From assembly GCA_051884175.1 (NCBI GenBank), contig JBJEVD010000054.1:2294-66293 (forward strand): a DNA stretch of 64,000 bases. Direction: 5' to 3'. A program made the position numbers and the translations under genes. Within the stretch, counting starts at the first letter, position 1. Each line of letters starts with the position of its first letter. Positions 54,098-62,269 of this stretch are shown here, piece after piece. The notes beneath the pieces were generated by a model. The model ran no database searches. It was given only the letters and a program-made list of their open reading frames with translations, and was not told where the DNA came from. Source of the DNA: Candidatus Coproplasma sp. Lineage in GTDB: Bacteria; Bacillota; Clostridia; Christensenellales; Borkfalkiaceae.

Positions 54098-55783
54098 ATG
54101 AATTATAAAGAATATATTGCTGAAAAAATTGTTGCTTGCGGCTTACCCGAAGAGGGGATTGAAGAAAATATCGCAGTTCCCCCCAACACGGATATGGGCG
54201 ATTACGCTCTTCCCTGCTTTAAATTTGCAAAGGTTTTACGTAAATCCCCCGTAGCCATTGCGCAGGAGCTTGCGGAAAAGATACAACCCGATAGCGTAAT
54301 TTCAGAGGTTTTGGCTTTAAACGGCTATTTAAACTTTAAAATAAATAAAGCCTCCCTTGCAAAGGAAACGGTTGAAAAGGTGCTGTATCAGGGTGAAAAT
54401 TACGGCTCTTCAACTCTTGGCGAGGGCAAGACGATTTGTATAGACTACTCGTCAGTAAACATTGCAAAACCCTTCCACATAGGTCACCTTTCAACGACGG
54501 TTATCGGCGGTGCGCTGTATAAGATATACAATTTCCTCGGCTACAACGTGGTGGGTATCAACCACCTCGGCGACTACGGTACCCAGTTCGGCAAGCTTAT
54601 CTGCGCCTACAAAAAGTGGGGTAACAAGGACGAGGTAGAAAAGGGTGGTATTCACGCAATCAATGAGTTATACGTCCGCTTCAATAACGAAGCCACACCC
54701 GAAATGGAGGAAGAGGCGAGGGAGTACTTCCGCTTAATCGAGAGCGGTGATAGGGAGGCAAACGAAATCTTCGAGTGGTTCAAGTCCTTAACCTTGGAGT
54801 ACGTCAATAAAATTTACGCAAGGCTGGGCGTTAAGTTCGACAGCTACAACGGCGAGAGATTTTATTCGGACAAGATGCAACCCGTCATTGACGAGCTTCA
54901 ACAAAAGGGTTTGCTTAAAGAGAGCGAGGGCGCGAAAATCGTAGATTTAGAAGCTTACGGTATGCCCCCCTGTTTGATTTTGCGTTCGGACGGCGCGTCG
55001 CTCTACGCAACCAGGGACTTAGCCGCAGCCTTTTACCGTAAAAACACCTACAATTTTGATAAATGCTTATACGTCGTAGCCTACCAGCAGAATTTGCACT
55101 TCAAGCAGATTTTTAAGGTGTTGGAGCTTATGGGCAAGGAATGGGCAAAGGATATGGTGCACGTTGCCTATGGCATGGTCTCTTTGGAGGACGGTGCAAT
55201 GTCCACCCGTAAGGGCAAGGTGGTCTGGCTTGAAGACGTAATTCAAAAGTGTGTAGATAAGGCGTATAAGGTAATCGAAGATAAGAACCCTGCCCTTGAA
55301 AACAAGACGGAAATTGCGGAGAAGGTGGGCGTAGGCTCGGTAATCTTCGGTGCACTCTACAACAATAAAATCAAGGATATTGTGTTCTCATACGACAAGG
55401 TTCTCTCGTTTGAAGGCGAGACGGGCGTATATTGCCAATACACCTGCGCAAGGGCATATTCAGTCCTTCAAAAGGCAGGCGTAACTTCATACACCCTTCC
55501 CGAAAAGGTCAATCTTCTTCCTCAGGAATACGAGGTTGTCAGGACAATTTCCTCCTTCCCTGAAATTGTGGAAGAGGCAGGTGAGAAGTACGAACCCAGC
55601 GTAGTTGCCCGTTTTGCGGTAGATCTTGCGCAGAAGTTCAACAAGTTCTACTTTGACTGCAAAATTTTAACCGCAGAGGATGAGGATACAAAGTCATTCC
55701 GTCTCGCGCTCTGCGCCGCAACCTTGCAGACGCTTAAAAACGCGTTGGGGCTTTTAGGCATAGGCGTGCCCGATAAGATGTAA
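54098..55783 (+). CDS. argS: Arginine--tRNA ligase
   Basis: 561 aa with the PFHIGHL (HIGH) and MSTRKG (KMSK-like) motifs and a DALR anticodon-binding C-terminus. Confidence 0.95.
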   Translation: MNYKEYIAEKIVACGLPEEGIEENIAVPPNTDMGDYALPCFKFAKVLRKSPVAIAQELAEKIQPDSVISEVLALNGYLNFKINKASLAKETVEKVLYQGENYGSSTLGEGKTICIDYSSVNIAKPFHIGHLSTTVIGGALYKIYNFLGYNVVGINHLGDYGTQFGKLICAYKKWGNKDEVEKGGIHAINELYVRFNNEATPEMEEEAREYFRLIESGDREANEIFEWFKSLTLEYVNKIYARLGVKFDSYNGERFYSDKMQPVIDELQQKGLLKESEGAKIVDLEAYGMPPCLILRSDGASLYATRDLAAAFYRKNTYNFDKCLYVVAYQQNLHFKQIFKVLELMGKEWAKDMVHVAYGMVSLEDGAMSTRKGKVVWLEDVIQKCVDKAYKVIEDKNPALENKTEIAEKVGVGSVIFGALYNNKIKDIVFSYDKVLSFEGETGVYCQYTCARAYSVLQKAGVTSYTLPEKVNLLPQEYEVVRTISSFPEIVEEAGEKYEPSVVARFAVDLAQKFNKFYFDCKILTAEDEDTKSFRLALCAATLQTLKNALGLLGIGVPDKM

Positions 55784-55784
55784 T

Positions 55785-56441
55785 ATGTTCAAGACGGTAA
55801 TTTTCGACCTTGACGGCACCCTTTTGGATACCTCAATGGATATACAAAAGGTATTAAATAATACGCTAATACACTTTAATCTGCCCCGAATTTCGCTTGA
55901 AAAGACGGTTGAGTACGTCGGCAACGGCGCAAAGCTATTAATAGAAAGGGCAATTCCGCAAAGCGCGATGGACAATTTTGAGCAAATTTACGCCCACTAC
56001 GCGAAAAACTTTGCCGCCTGTGATAATGAGTTGACTTGCCTTTATCCGGGTGAAGAAGAGGTGCTTTTAAACCTCAAAAAAGCAGGGATAAAACTTGCAC
56101 TTGTAACCAATAAACCGCAGGACGCAACCGAAGGCGTTTATGAAAAACATTTAAAGAGATTTGATTTTGACTTCGTTGCAGGCAATTCGCTTTCATTCCC
56201 CTTAAAGCCTGACCCTGCATTAGCTCTTTATGCGGCAAAAAGTACGGGTGCTAGGGCAGAGGAGTGCTTATTCGTTGGCGACGGCGAAACCGACGTTCAA
56301 ACGGCAATAAATGCAAAAATGGAGCATTTATCCGTTTTGTGGGGTTTCCGCAGTAAGTTACAGCTTAAAGCGGCGGGTGCCAAAAATTTTGCAAAAAGCT
56401 ATTCAGAGCTTGAAAAATTCGTACTCAGCCATAACCAATAA
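55785..56441 (+). CDS. HAD-superfamily phosphatase (phosphoglycolate phosphatase / PpaX-like)
   Basis: FDLDGTLLDT, VTNK and GDGETD motifs are present. Confidence 0.8.
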   Translation: MFKTVIFDLDGTLLDTSMDIQKVLNNTLIHFNLPRISLEKTVEYVGNGAKLLIERAIPQSAMDNFEQIYAHYAKNFAACDNELTCLYPGEEEVLLNLKKAGIKLALVTNKPQDATEGVYEKHLKRFDFDFVAGNSLSFPLKPDPALALYAAKSTGARAEECLFVGDGETDVQTAINAKMEHLSVLWGFRSKLQLKAAGAKNFAKSYSELEKFVLSHNQ

Positions 56442-56499
56442 TTATAATAAATAGCAATAATTTCACTAAAATTTTTAAAAAAAAATTACTTATTGGATG

Positions 56500-56528
56500 T
56501 TGAAATTTTGCAATACCTATGATATAAT
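56500..56528 (+). promoter_or_regulatory. Sigma-A-type promoter for the rubrerythrin gene
   Basis: TTGAAA, a 17-nt spacer, then TATAAT with a TGA extension. Confidence 0.6.
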
Positions 56529-56569
56529 ATAGCCATAAAACAAAATTCAATTATAAGGAGATATTTTTT

Positions 56570-57097
56570 ATGAAAAGATGTACCGTTTGCGGCGAAATCG
56601 TTGCTGATGACGTAGACGTTTGCCCCGTATGCAAGGCTAAGACTTTTGCACCCGTAGAAGAAAAGGCAGGTTATGCCTGCGAACATCACGTAGGCGACGG
56701 CGTGGTTGACGACGCTGAAGTTATGGCAGGTCTTAGGGCACATTTTACCGGTGAATGTACCGAAGTCGGTATGTACCTCGCTATGGCAAGAGTTGCAGAA
56801 AGAGAGGGCTATCCCGAAGTTGCAGAAGCTTTCAAGCGTTATGCTTATGAAGAAGCTGATCACGCATCCAAGTTCGCAGAGCTTTTGGGCGAAGTGGTTA
56901 CTCCTTCTACCGAGAAGAACTTACAGCTTCGTGCAGAGGCTGAAGCAGGTGCTTGCGAAGGTAAGCTTGCTATTGCAAAGCGCGCTAAACAGCTCGGCTA
57001 CGACGCTATTCACGACACCGTTCACGAAATGGCAAAAGACGAGGCTCGCCACGGCGCAGGCTTCTCCGGTCTTTTGAAGAGATATTTCGGCAAATAA
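56570..57097 (+). CDS. Reverse rubrerythrin (N-terminal rubredoxin-like Cys4, C-terminal diiron ferritin-like domain)
   Basis: CTVCG...CPVCKA is followed by the diiron ligand motifs EEADHASKF and DEARH. Confidence 0.85.
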   Translation: MKRCTVCGEIVADDVDVCPVCKAKTFAPVEEKAGYACEHHVGDGVVDDAEVMAGLRAHFTGECTEVGMYLAMARVAEREGYPEVAEAFKRYAYEEADHASKFAELLGEVVTPSTEKNLQLRAEAEAGACEGKLAIAKRAKQLGYDAIHDTVHEMAKDEARHGAGFSGLLKRYFGK

Positions 57098-57114
57098 TTA
57101 AGTCAGTTATTTAT

Positions 57115-57150
57115 ACGCTCCGCACTGCTAAGTGCGGAGCGTTATTTTAT
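57115..57150 (+). terminator. Intrinsic terminator after the rubrerythrin gene
   Basis: ACGCTCCGCAC pairs with GTGCGGAGCGT and is followed by TATTTTAT. Confidence 0.75.
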
Positions 57151-57151
57151 C

Positions 57152-57179
57152 ACCATATAATAAGAATAAGCATATTATA
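57152..57179 (+). promoter_or_regulatory. Possible sigma-K-type promoter upstream of the Cys-rich repeat gene
   Basis: AC (57152-57153), a 17-nt spacer, then CATATTATA (57171-57179), compared with the consensus AC-16/17-CATAnnnTA. A TATAAT hexamer without a -35 is also present at 57156-57161. Confidence 0.3.
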
Positions 57180-57239
57180 AACTATAGGGTCAGGCGGAAA
57201 AACTTGCCCCTTAATACCAAAGCAAAGGAAAGTTTATAT

Positions 57240-57713
57240 ATGTGTTTTTGCGGTAACTTTGGCAACAGTTGCGGCTGTTCGGGTTTATTCTCCATATTAA
57301 GCGGTTGCAACTCCTGCAATTGGAACAATTGGCGTAGCGGCTGTAATTCCTGCGGCTGCAACACCTGGCGTAGCGGTTGTAACGGATGCGGCTGCAATTC
57401 CTGCGGCTGCAACACCTGGCGTAACGGTTGTAACGGATGCGGCTGTAATTCCTGCGGCTGCAACACCTGGCGTAGCGGTTGTAACGGATGCGGCTGCAAT
57501 TCCTGCGGCTGCAACACCTGGCGTAACGGTTGTAACGGATGTGGCTGCAATTCTTGCGGCTGCAACACCTGGCGTAGCGGCTGTAACGATTGCGATTGCA
57601 ACGGCTGTTCGTGCAGTACAGGTACGTGCGGCGTAGGCTGGACTGGTAACGGGTGGAGCAGAAGCGGTTGTTCTTCGTGCAGATGCAATAGCTGTAATAG
57701 CTGTAGTTGTTAA
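57240..57713 (+). CDS. Cysteine-rich tandem-repeat protein (157 aa, about 41 Cys), family and function unknown
   Basis: AAGGAA lies 9 nt upstream of the ATG at 57240, the stop is TAA at 57711-57713, and clean terminators lie on both sides. The product is MCFCGNFGNSCGCSG..., then (GCNGCGCNSCGCNTWR[S/N])n, then ...CSSCRCNSCNSCSC. Confidence 0.7.
   Translation: MCFCGNFGNSCGCSGLFSILSGCNSCNWNNWRSGCNSCGCNTWRSGCNGCGCNSCGCNTWRNGCNGCGCNSCGCNTWRSGCNGCGCNSCGCNTWRNGCNGCGCNSCGCNTWRSGCNDCDCNGCSCSTGTCGVGWTGNGWSRSGCSSCRCNSCNSCSC
57330..57600 (+). repeat. 51-bp tandem repeat array inside the Cys-rich gene
   Basis: TGG codons recur at 57366, 57417, 57468, 57519 and 57570, exactly 51 bp apart. A 36-bp shortened unit lies at 57330-57365. 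AGC and AAC alternate, giving a 102-bp super-repeat. Confidence 0.92.
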
Positions 57714-57725
57714 ATAATTTAACCG

Positions 57726-57754
57726 TACGGGGGTGGGTACACCCCCGTATTTTT
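57726..57754 (+). terminator. Intrinsic terminator after the Cys-rich gene
   Basis: TACGGGGG pairs with CCCCCGTA and is followed by TTTTT. Confidence 0.8.
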
Positions 57755-57790
57755 AGTATATCAATGTTTGTAAATGCCAAAAATATATGT

Positions 57791-58606
57791 ATGCGGACAA
57801 TAATAAAAGAGTTCAGATATTATTCGGATAAACGCTTTACAACGCTTTCGGGTACGCTTGTATACTTTTTTCTTATGTCTGTCACGCCGTTTTTCTTCTG
57901 GCTTGCGCTGATAGTGGGAGATTTCGATTTGAGCCGGTTTCTGTCTGACGATTTATTCTCTGTTATTCAGCCGGTAATTGGTGCTCTGCAACAGGCGGCA
58001 GTCAGTGCGACGGGCAGTGCAACACTCATTTTATTGCTAACCTCGCTCTGGTCGTCAACAAACTTTTTCTACCATCTGCGCAGAAGCGGGGAGATTATCT
58101 TTGCCCCAAACGTCAAGACGGGTGCAATCAAGCTGCGCATAAGCGCGATGTTTGCGGTGTTTGCGATTTTATTGATTGCAGCCCTCGCCGCAGTAACGCC
58201 CTTTTTAGGTGTAAACGTTTTGGAAATGATAATGCCCCGACCTATAGCCGAGGCAATTACAATGATATTTTTAACTATGTTTGCATTCTTCGCGTCCTAT
58301 TTTTTAAACGTCTTTGCCTGTCCGTATAAGCTCAATTGCTCTCAGGCGAGCGGAGGTGCGCTTTTAACCGTAATACTATGGATACTGTTTGCGATTGGAT
58401 TTAAGGTTTATTTGCAATTTTCCAACCCACAAAGGCTGTACGGTGCAATAACCGCAGTAATAGTCTTTCTGCTCTGGTGTTATCTCATGATAAACAGCCT
58501 GGTTATAGGTTTAATTTATAATTCAAAGTACCTTATAAAAAACTCAATACTTGATGCAGCAAGCGCAGGCAAGCGCACCGGGACCGATATGGCAGGCAAC
58601 CGATAA
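57791..58606 (+). CDS. YihY/BrkB-family integral membrane protein
   Basis: MRTIIKEFRYYSDKRFTTLSGTLVYFFLMSVTPF is the typical family N-terminus, and there are about 6 TM helices. The start is uncertain (57764 is an alternative). The track start at 57707 lies before the terminator. Confidence 0.7.
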   Translation: MRTIIKEFRYYSDKRFTTLSGTLVYFFLMSVTPFFFWLALIVGDFDLSRFLSDDLFSVIQPVIGALQQAAVSATGSATLILLLTSLWSSTNFFYHLRRSGEIIFAPNVKTGAIKLRISAMFAVFAILLIAALAAVTPFLGVNVLEMIMPRPIAEAITMIFLTMFAFFASYFLNVFACPYKLNCSQASGGALLTVILWILFAIGFKVYLQFSNPQRLYGAITAVIVFLLWCYLMINSLVIGLIYNSKYLIKNSILDAASAGKRTGTDMAGNR

Positions 58607-59419
58607 GGACAGGGGGTCTACGTAGCGCAGCTCGCAGTCGGGGAAAGCGGCTTTAAGCTCCTCGGCAAACTGGTTTGCGTCATCCAAACAGTTGGTGTGT
58701 GCAACGGCAATTACCATTTTACCGTTATCGCGATAGGGTTTAAAACGCCCTTCAAGGTCATTTTTAAGTGCGCCTATCATCGTCGTCTTTGCGTCTGAAA
58801 GCTTTCTTACCTTAGCGTATTGGTCAAGCACTTCGCCTTGAATTTGCAACACGGGTTTAATCTTCAAAAGCGTACCGATTGCCGCAACGGCAGGGGTTAA
58901 TCTTCCGCTCTTTTTCAAGAACTTCAAGGTATTGACCGCGATATATATGGAAGAAATTCTGGAGGTCTCGTTCAGCCAGTCGTAAACTTCTTTCGCGCTT
59001 TTGCCCTCTTCAAGCATCTTAAGCGCGTCGAATACGGTCTGTTTCTGCGTAACCGAAACTCTGTGATTGTCGAGGGCGTAAACTCTGCCTTTGAATTCCT
59101 CTTCGGTTTCCGCCATATTTTTAATGGTAAGTGCCGTCTGCGAAAGTCCGCTGGAGAGGGGAAGGTAGATAATATTATCATACGTCTTTAACAGTCTGCG
59201 GAAACGCTCTGCAACGTCGTAGGGGTTGGGTTGAGAGGTGGCAACGGTTGCGTTATCGTCGTTTAAGCTCTCGTAAAACCGGGCTTGCGTAAAACCCTCT
59301 TCCTCGAAGTATTGCTGTCCGTTGAGTAAAACGGGGGTGGGCTGAATTTCAATACCCAGCTCTTTTGCGTAATCTACGGTTATTCCGCAGTTGCTGTCTG
59401 TAACAATAATAGTTTTCAT
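58544..59419 (-). CDS. DegV-family fatty-acid-binding protein (paralog 1)
   Basis: IIVTDSNCGI, SSGLSQT and GRLTPAVAAIGTLLKIKPVL motifs are present. Confidence 0.9.
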   Translation of the reverse strand: MKTIIVTDSNCGITVDYAKELGIEIQPTPVLLNGQQYFEEEGFTQARFYESLNDDNATVATSQPNPYDVAERFRRLLKTYDNIIYLPLSSGLSQTALTIKNMAETEEEFKGRVYALDNHRVSVTQKQTVFDALKMLEEGKSAKEVYDWLNETSRISSIYIAVNTLKFLKKSGRLTPAVAAIGTLLKIKPVLQIQGEVLDQYAKVRKLSDAKTTMIGALKNDLEGRFKPYRDNGKMVIAVAHTNCLDDANQFAEELKAAFPDCELRYVDPLSLSVACHIGPGALACACCIKY

Positions 59420-59505
59420 TTGTTCTCCCTTAAATCATATTATGAGTATAAATTAATATTTTTTAAAAGTCCGCTCCTCAATTTATGCGGAACGGACGTA
59501 ATTTA

Positions 59506-60372
59506 TCAGTATTTTACCGTTGCGGCACAGGCAAGAGCCCCGGGACCGATATGGCAGGAAACGCTTAAGGATAGGGGGTTAATGAACGTAAACTCTACGT
59601 CGGGGAAGGCTGCCTTCAACTCACGGGCAAAAACTTCAGCCTCTTCAAAGTTTTCCGTATGAGCTACTGCAACTGTCATCTTACCTGCTTTGCGAAGGTC
59701 GGCAAATCTCTCGTCAAAGTCCTTGATAAGTGCAGAAATCATAGTTTTCTTTGCGTCTGCAAGCTTTCTTACCTTAGCAAACTGGTCAAGCTTAAAGCCC
59801 TGAATGGTTAGCACGGGTTTAATCTTCAAAAGTGTTCCGATTGCGGCTACGGCAGGGGTTAACCTTCCGCCCTTTTTAAGGTATTTAAGCGTATCCACCA
59901 TAATATAGATGGAGGACTGCATCTTCGTATCCAAAAGGTAATCTCTTATCTCTTCAGCCGTCTTGCCGTCCTTAATCATTGCAATAGCGTCCATAATCGA
60001 CTGCTTTTGCGTTATAGAAATACGCTGGTTATCTATAACGTAAACCTTACCTGCAAATTCGGTTTCGGCAAGGTTAGATAGCGTTGCGCAGGTCTGGGAA
60101 AGACCGCTGGACATAGGGATATGAATTATTTTGTCGTAATCCTTTAAAACCTCCGTCCAAAGCTCGCCAACGTCGTACGCGCTGGGCTGAGAGGTAGAAA
60201 CGGAAGCGTCGCTCTTCAGCTTTTCGTAGAACTCTTCCTGCGATAAAGAAATGTCTTCAAAATACTGTTCGCCGTCTATTAAAAAGGGCATAGGCACGAC
60301 GAAAATGCCAAGCTCTTTAGCTTCGCTCTGGGTTATTCCGCTGTTACTGTCCGTCACTATTGCGGTTTTCAT
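59506..60372 (-). CDS. DegV-family fatty-acid-binding protein (paralog 2)
   Basis: It shares the same motifs and is roughly half to 60 percent identical to paralog 1 by eye. Confidence 0.9.
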   Translation of the reverse strand: MKTAIVTDSNSGITQSEAKELGIFVVPMPFLIDGEQYFEDISLSQEEFYEKLKSDASVSTSQPSAYDVGELWTEVLKDYDKIIHIPMSSGLSQTCATLSNLAETEFAGKVYVIDNQRISITQKQSIMDAIAMIKDGKTAEEIRDYLLDTKMQSSIYIMVDTLKYLKKGGRLTPAVAAIGTLLKIKPVLTIQGFKLDQFAKVRKLADAKKTMISALIKDFDERFADLRKAGKMTVAVAHTENFEEAEVFARELKAAFPDVEFTFINPLSLSVSCHIGPGALACAATVKY

Positions 60373-60529
60373 AAAACAAATATCCTCTCAAAAAAATTAA
60401 AATTTATTAAAAATTTTAAATATAATTATACGCAGAATTATAAATCATTCTGCGTTTATTGTCAAATAGATTAAGCTTTAGTGTAATATCAATTAATTAC
60501 AATCGACCAAACTGTTACAAAAGCGGGGG

Positions 60530-60901
60530 TTATATCTCAGCTATTGCCTCGACTTCCACAAGGCAGCCCTTGGGAATATCCTTAACCGCTACACAGCTTC
60601 TGGCAGGTGCGGAGGTGAAATACTTTGCATAAACTGCGTTAAAAGCCGCAAAGTCGGCAATGTCTGCAAGGAAGCAGACGGTCTTTATAACCTTGTCAAT
60701 AGAGGTGCCTGCAGCCTCCAAAACGGCAGCAACGTTTTTGCAAACCTGTTCGGTCTGCCCCTCGATATCGGTTGCTTCAATAGTTCCTGTTGCAGGGTTA
60801 ACGGGGATTTGACCGCTGGTAAATACAATGTTGTTAAAAATCTTTGCCTGGGAGTAGGGACCGATTGCCGCAGGTGCGTTTTTGGTTTCAACTGTCTTCA
60901 T
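60530..60901 (-). CDS. ridA: RidA-family reactive enamine/imine deaminase
   Basis: 123 aa with APAAIGPYSQA and the conserved C-terminal VEVEAIA. Confidence 0.9.
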   Translation of the reverse strand: MKTVETKNAPAAIGPYSQAKIFNNIVFTSGQIPVNPATGTIEATDIEGQTEQVCKNVAAVLEAAGTSIDKVIKTVCFLADIADFAAFNAVYAKYFTSAPARSCVAVKDIPKGCLVEVEAIAEI

Positions 60902-60922
60902 AAATTATCTCCTTATATTCTC

Positions 60923-62128
60923 TTAATCAACCAACTTAAAGCCGTTATTTTTAAGTGTGTCTTTAATGAGTTTAATCTGTTCAAAGTCCTTGGTTTCAAT
61001 CTGCATCTTAAGGTAACAGCCGTTAATGGCGGTACCCTCGTTAGTTCTCTCGTGCAGAACGGCGGTAACGTTGCCGCCGCACTTTGCAATTATTTCGGAA
61101 ACGCCTACAAGCTGACCGGGTTTATCCATAAGCTCAAGCGTAAGCGAACACTGCCTGCCGCCCATAAGCAGACCACGATTGATTACCCTCGATAAAATGG
61201 TAACGTCTATATTACCGCCCGAGATGAGGCAGACAACCTTTTTGTCCTTAATATCGGGTATTTTGTCGAACATAACAGCCGCAAGCGAAACAGCGCCTGC
61301 ACCTTCGGCAATCATCTTCTGCTTTTCAATCAACGCAAGTATTGCGGCTGACACCTGATCGTCGGTTACCGAAACGATTTTGTCAACGTATTTGGAACAC
61401 AGTTCAAAAGTGAGTTTGCCCGGCTCTTTAACTGCGATACCGTCTGCCACGGTGGAAACGGAGGGCAGGGTCTCAATATGCTTATGCTCAACCGAATTAA
61501 GCATGGAGGGGGCACCGTCCGCTTGAACGCCGTAGACCTTGATTTTAGGGTTAAGAGACTTAATCGCAAATGCCACGCCGGATATAAGTCCGCCGCCGCC
61601 GATCGGTACTACAACCGCGTCTGCGTCCTTAAGCTGGTCCATAATCTCAAGACCAATCGTACCCTGACCGGCAATGACGTCCTCGTCGTCGAAAGGATGG
61701 ATAAAGGTGTAACCCTTTTCGTCCTTTAACCTCTCTGCCTCGTTGTGGGCGTCGTCGTAAACGCCCGGGACTAAAACGACCTCCGCGCCGTAGCTTTTGG
61801 TTGCCTCAACCTTGGAGATAGGCGCGCCGTCGGGCATGCAGATAATAGATTTAATGCCGAACTTTTCGGAGGCAAGGGCAACGCCCTGGGCATGGTTGCC
61901 TGCCGAGCAGGCGATAACGCCCTTCGCCTTTTCCTCTTCGGAGAGCTGGGATATTTTATAGTAAGCTCCTCTTACCTTGAACGAACCCGTAATCTGCAGA
62001 TTTTCTGTCTTTAAATAGATCTTTGCACCGCATTGACCGGAGAGTACAGGCGAATAAATTATATCGGTTTCACGGATAGCGTCTTTTAAGACGTAGTGGG
62101 CGTGATATACCTTATCTAACGTAAGCAT
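60923..62128 (-). CDS. ilvA: Threonine ammonia-lyase (single ACT-like regulatory domain form)
   Basis: SFKVRGA is the PLP lysine motif. GNHAQG and GGGGLISG are present, with a C-terminal ACT-like domain. Confidence 0.92.
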   Translation of the reverse strand: MLTLDKVYHAHYVLKDAIRETDIIYSPVLSGQCGAKIYLKTENLQITGSFKVRGAYYKISQLSEEEKAKGVIACSAGNHAQGVALASEKFGIKSIICMPDGAPISKVEATKSYGAEVVLVPGVYDDAHNEAERLKDEKGYTFIHPFDDEDVIAGQGTIGLEIMDQLKDADAVVVPIGGGGLISGVAFAIKSLNPKIKVYGVQADGAPSMLNSVEHKHIETLPSVSTVADGIAVKEPGKLTFELCSKYVDKIVSVTDDQVSAAILALIEKQKMIAEGAGAVSLAAVMFDKIPDIKDKKVVCLISGGNIDVTILSRVINRGLLMGGRQCSLTLELMDKPGQLVGVSEIIAKCGGNVTAVLHERTNEGTAINGCYLKMQIETKDFEQIKLIKDTLKNNGFKLVD

Positions 62129-62198
62129 TTGTTTTCCTTCTTAGACTAAACTATCTTCATCACCGAGTATAGTTTTGTCTAACTCTTTTATTCACTCA

Positions 62199-62227
62199 AT
62201 TATAGGCAAAAGCGCGTAATTTGTCAA
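62199..62227 (-). promoter_or_regulatory. Sigma-A-type promoter for ilvA-ridA, with its -35 inside the upstream terminator loop
   Basis: On the minus strand: TTGACA (62227-62222), a 17-nt spacer, then TATAAT (62204-62199). Confidence 0.55.
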
Positions 62228-62240
62228 TCATTACGCGCTT
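62210..62240 (-). terminator. Intrinsic terminator after the Hrb-like gene
   Basis: AAGCGCGTAAT pairs with ATTACGCGCTT (11 bp). On the minus strand it is followed by TTTGCC. Confidence 0.65.
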
Positions 62241-62269
62241 ATATGTATAAATATTCAGTAAATAGAAAG

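Noticed and set aside
56442-56500. PerR/Fur-type box upstream of the rubrerythrin gene (AATAATTATAATAAAT).
   Set aside because: It is only a partial match to the 7-1-7 TTATAATNATTATAA consensus, in a very AT-rich region, so it cannot be distinguished from background.
57330-57600. Possible CRISPR array, because of regular short repeats.
   Set aside because: The repeats are contiguous with no unique spacers, the period is 51 bp within an open reading frame, and no cas genes are present in the window.
57182-57780. Two long minus-strand ORFs (168 aa, Q/P/L-rich; 189 aa, R/Y/C-rich) antisense to the Cys-rich repeat gene.
   Set aside because: They exist only because the 51-bp unit lacks stops in those frames. 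Neither has an SD upstream of its ATG. Both flanking terminators have their T-runs oriented for plus-strand transcription, and the plus-strand ORF has an RBS at the correct spacing.
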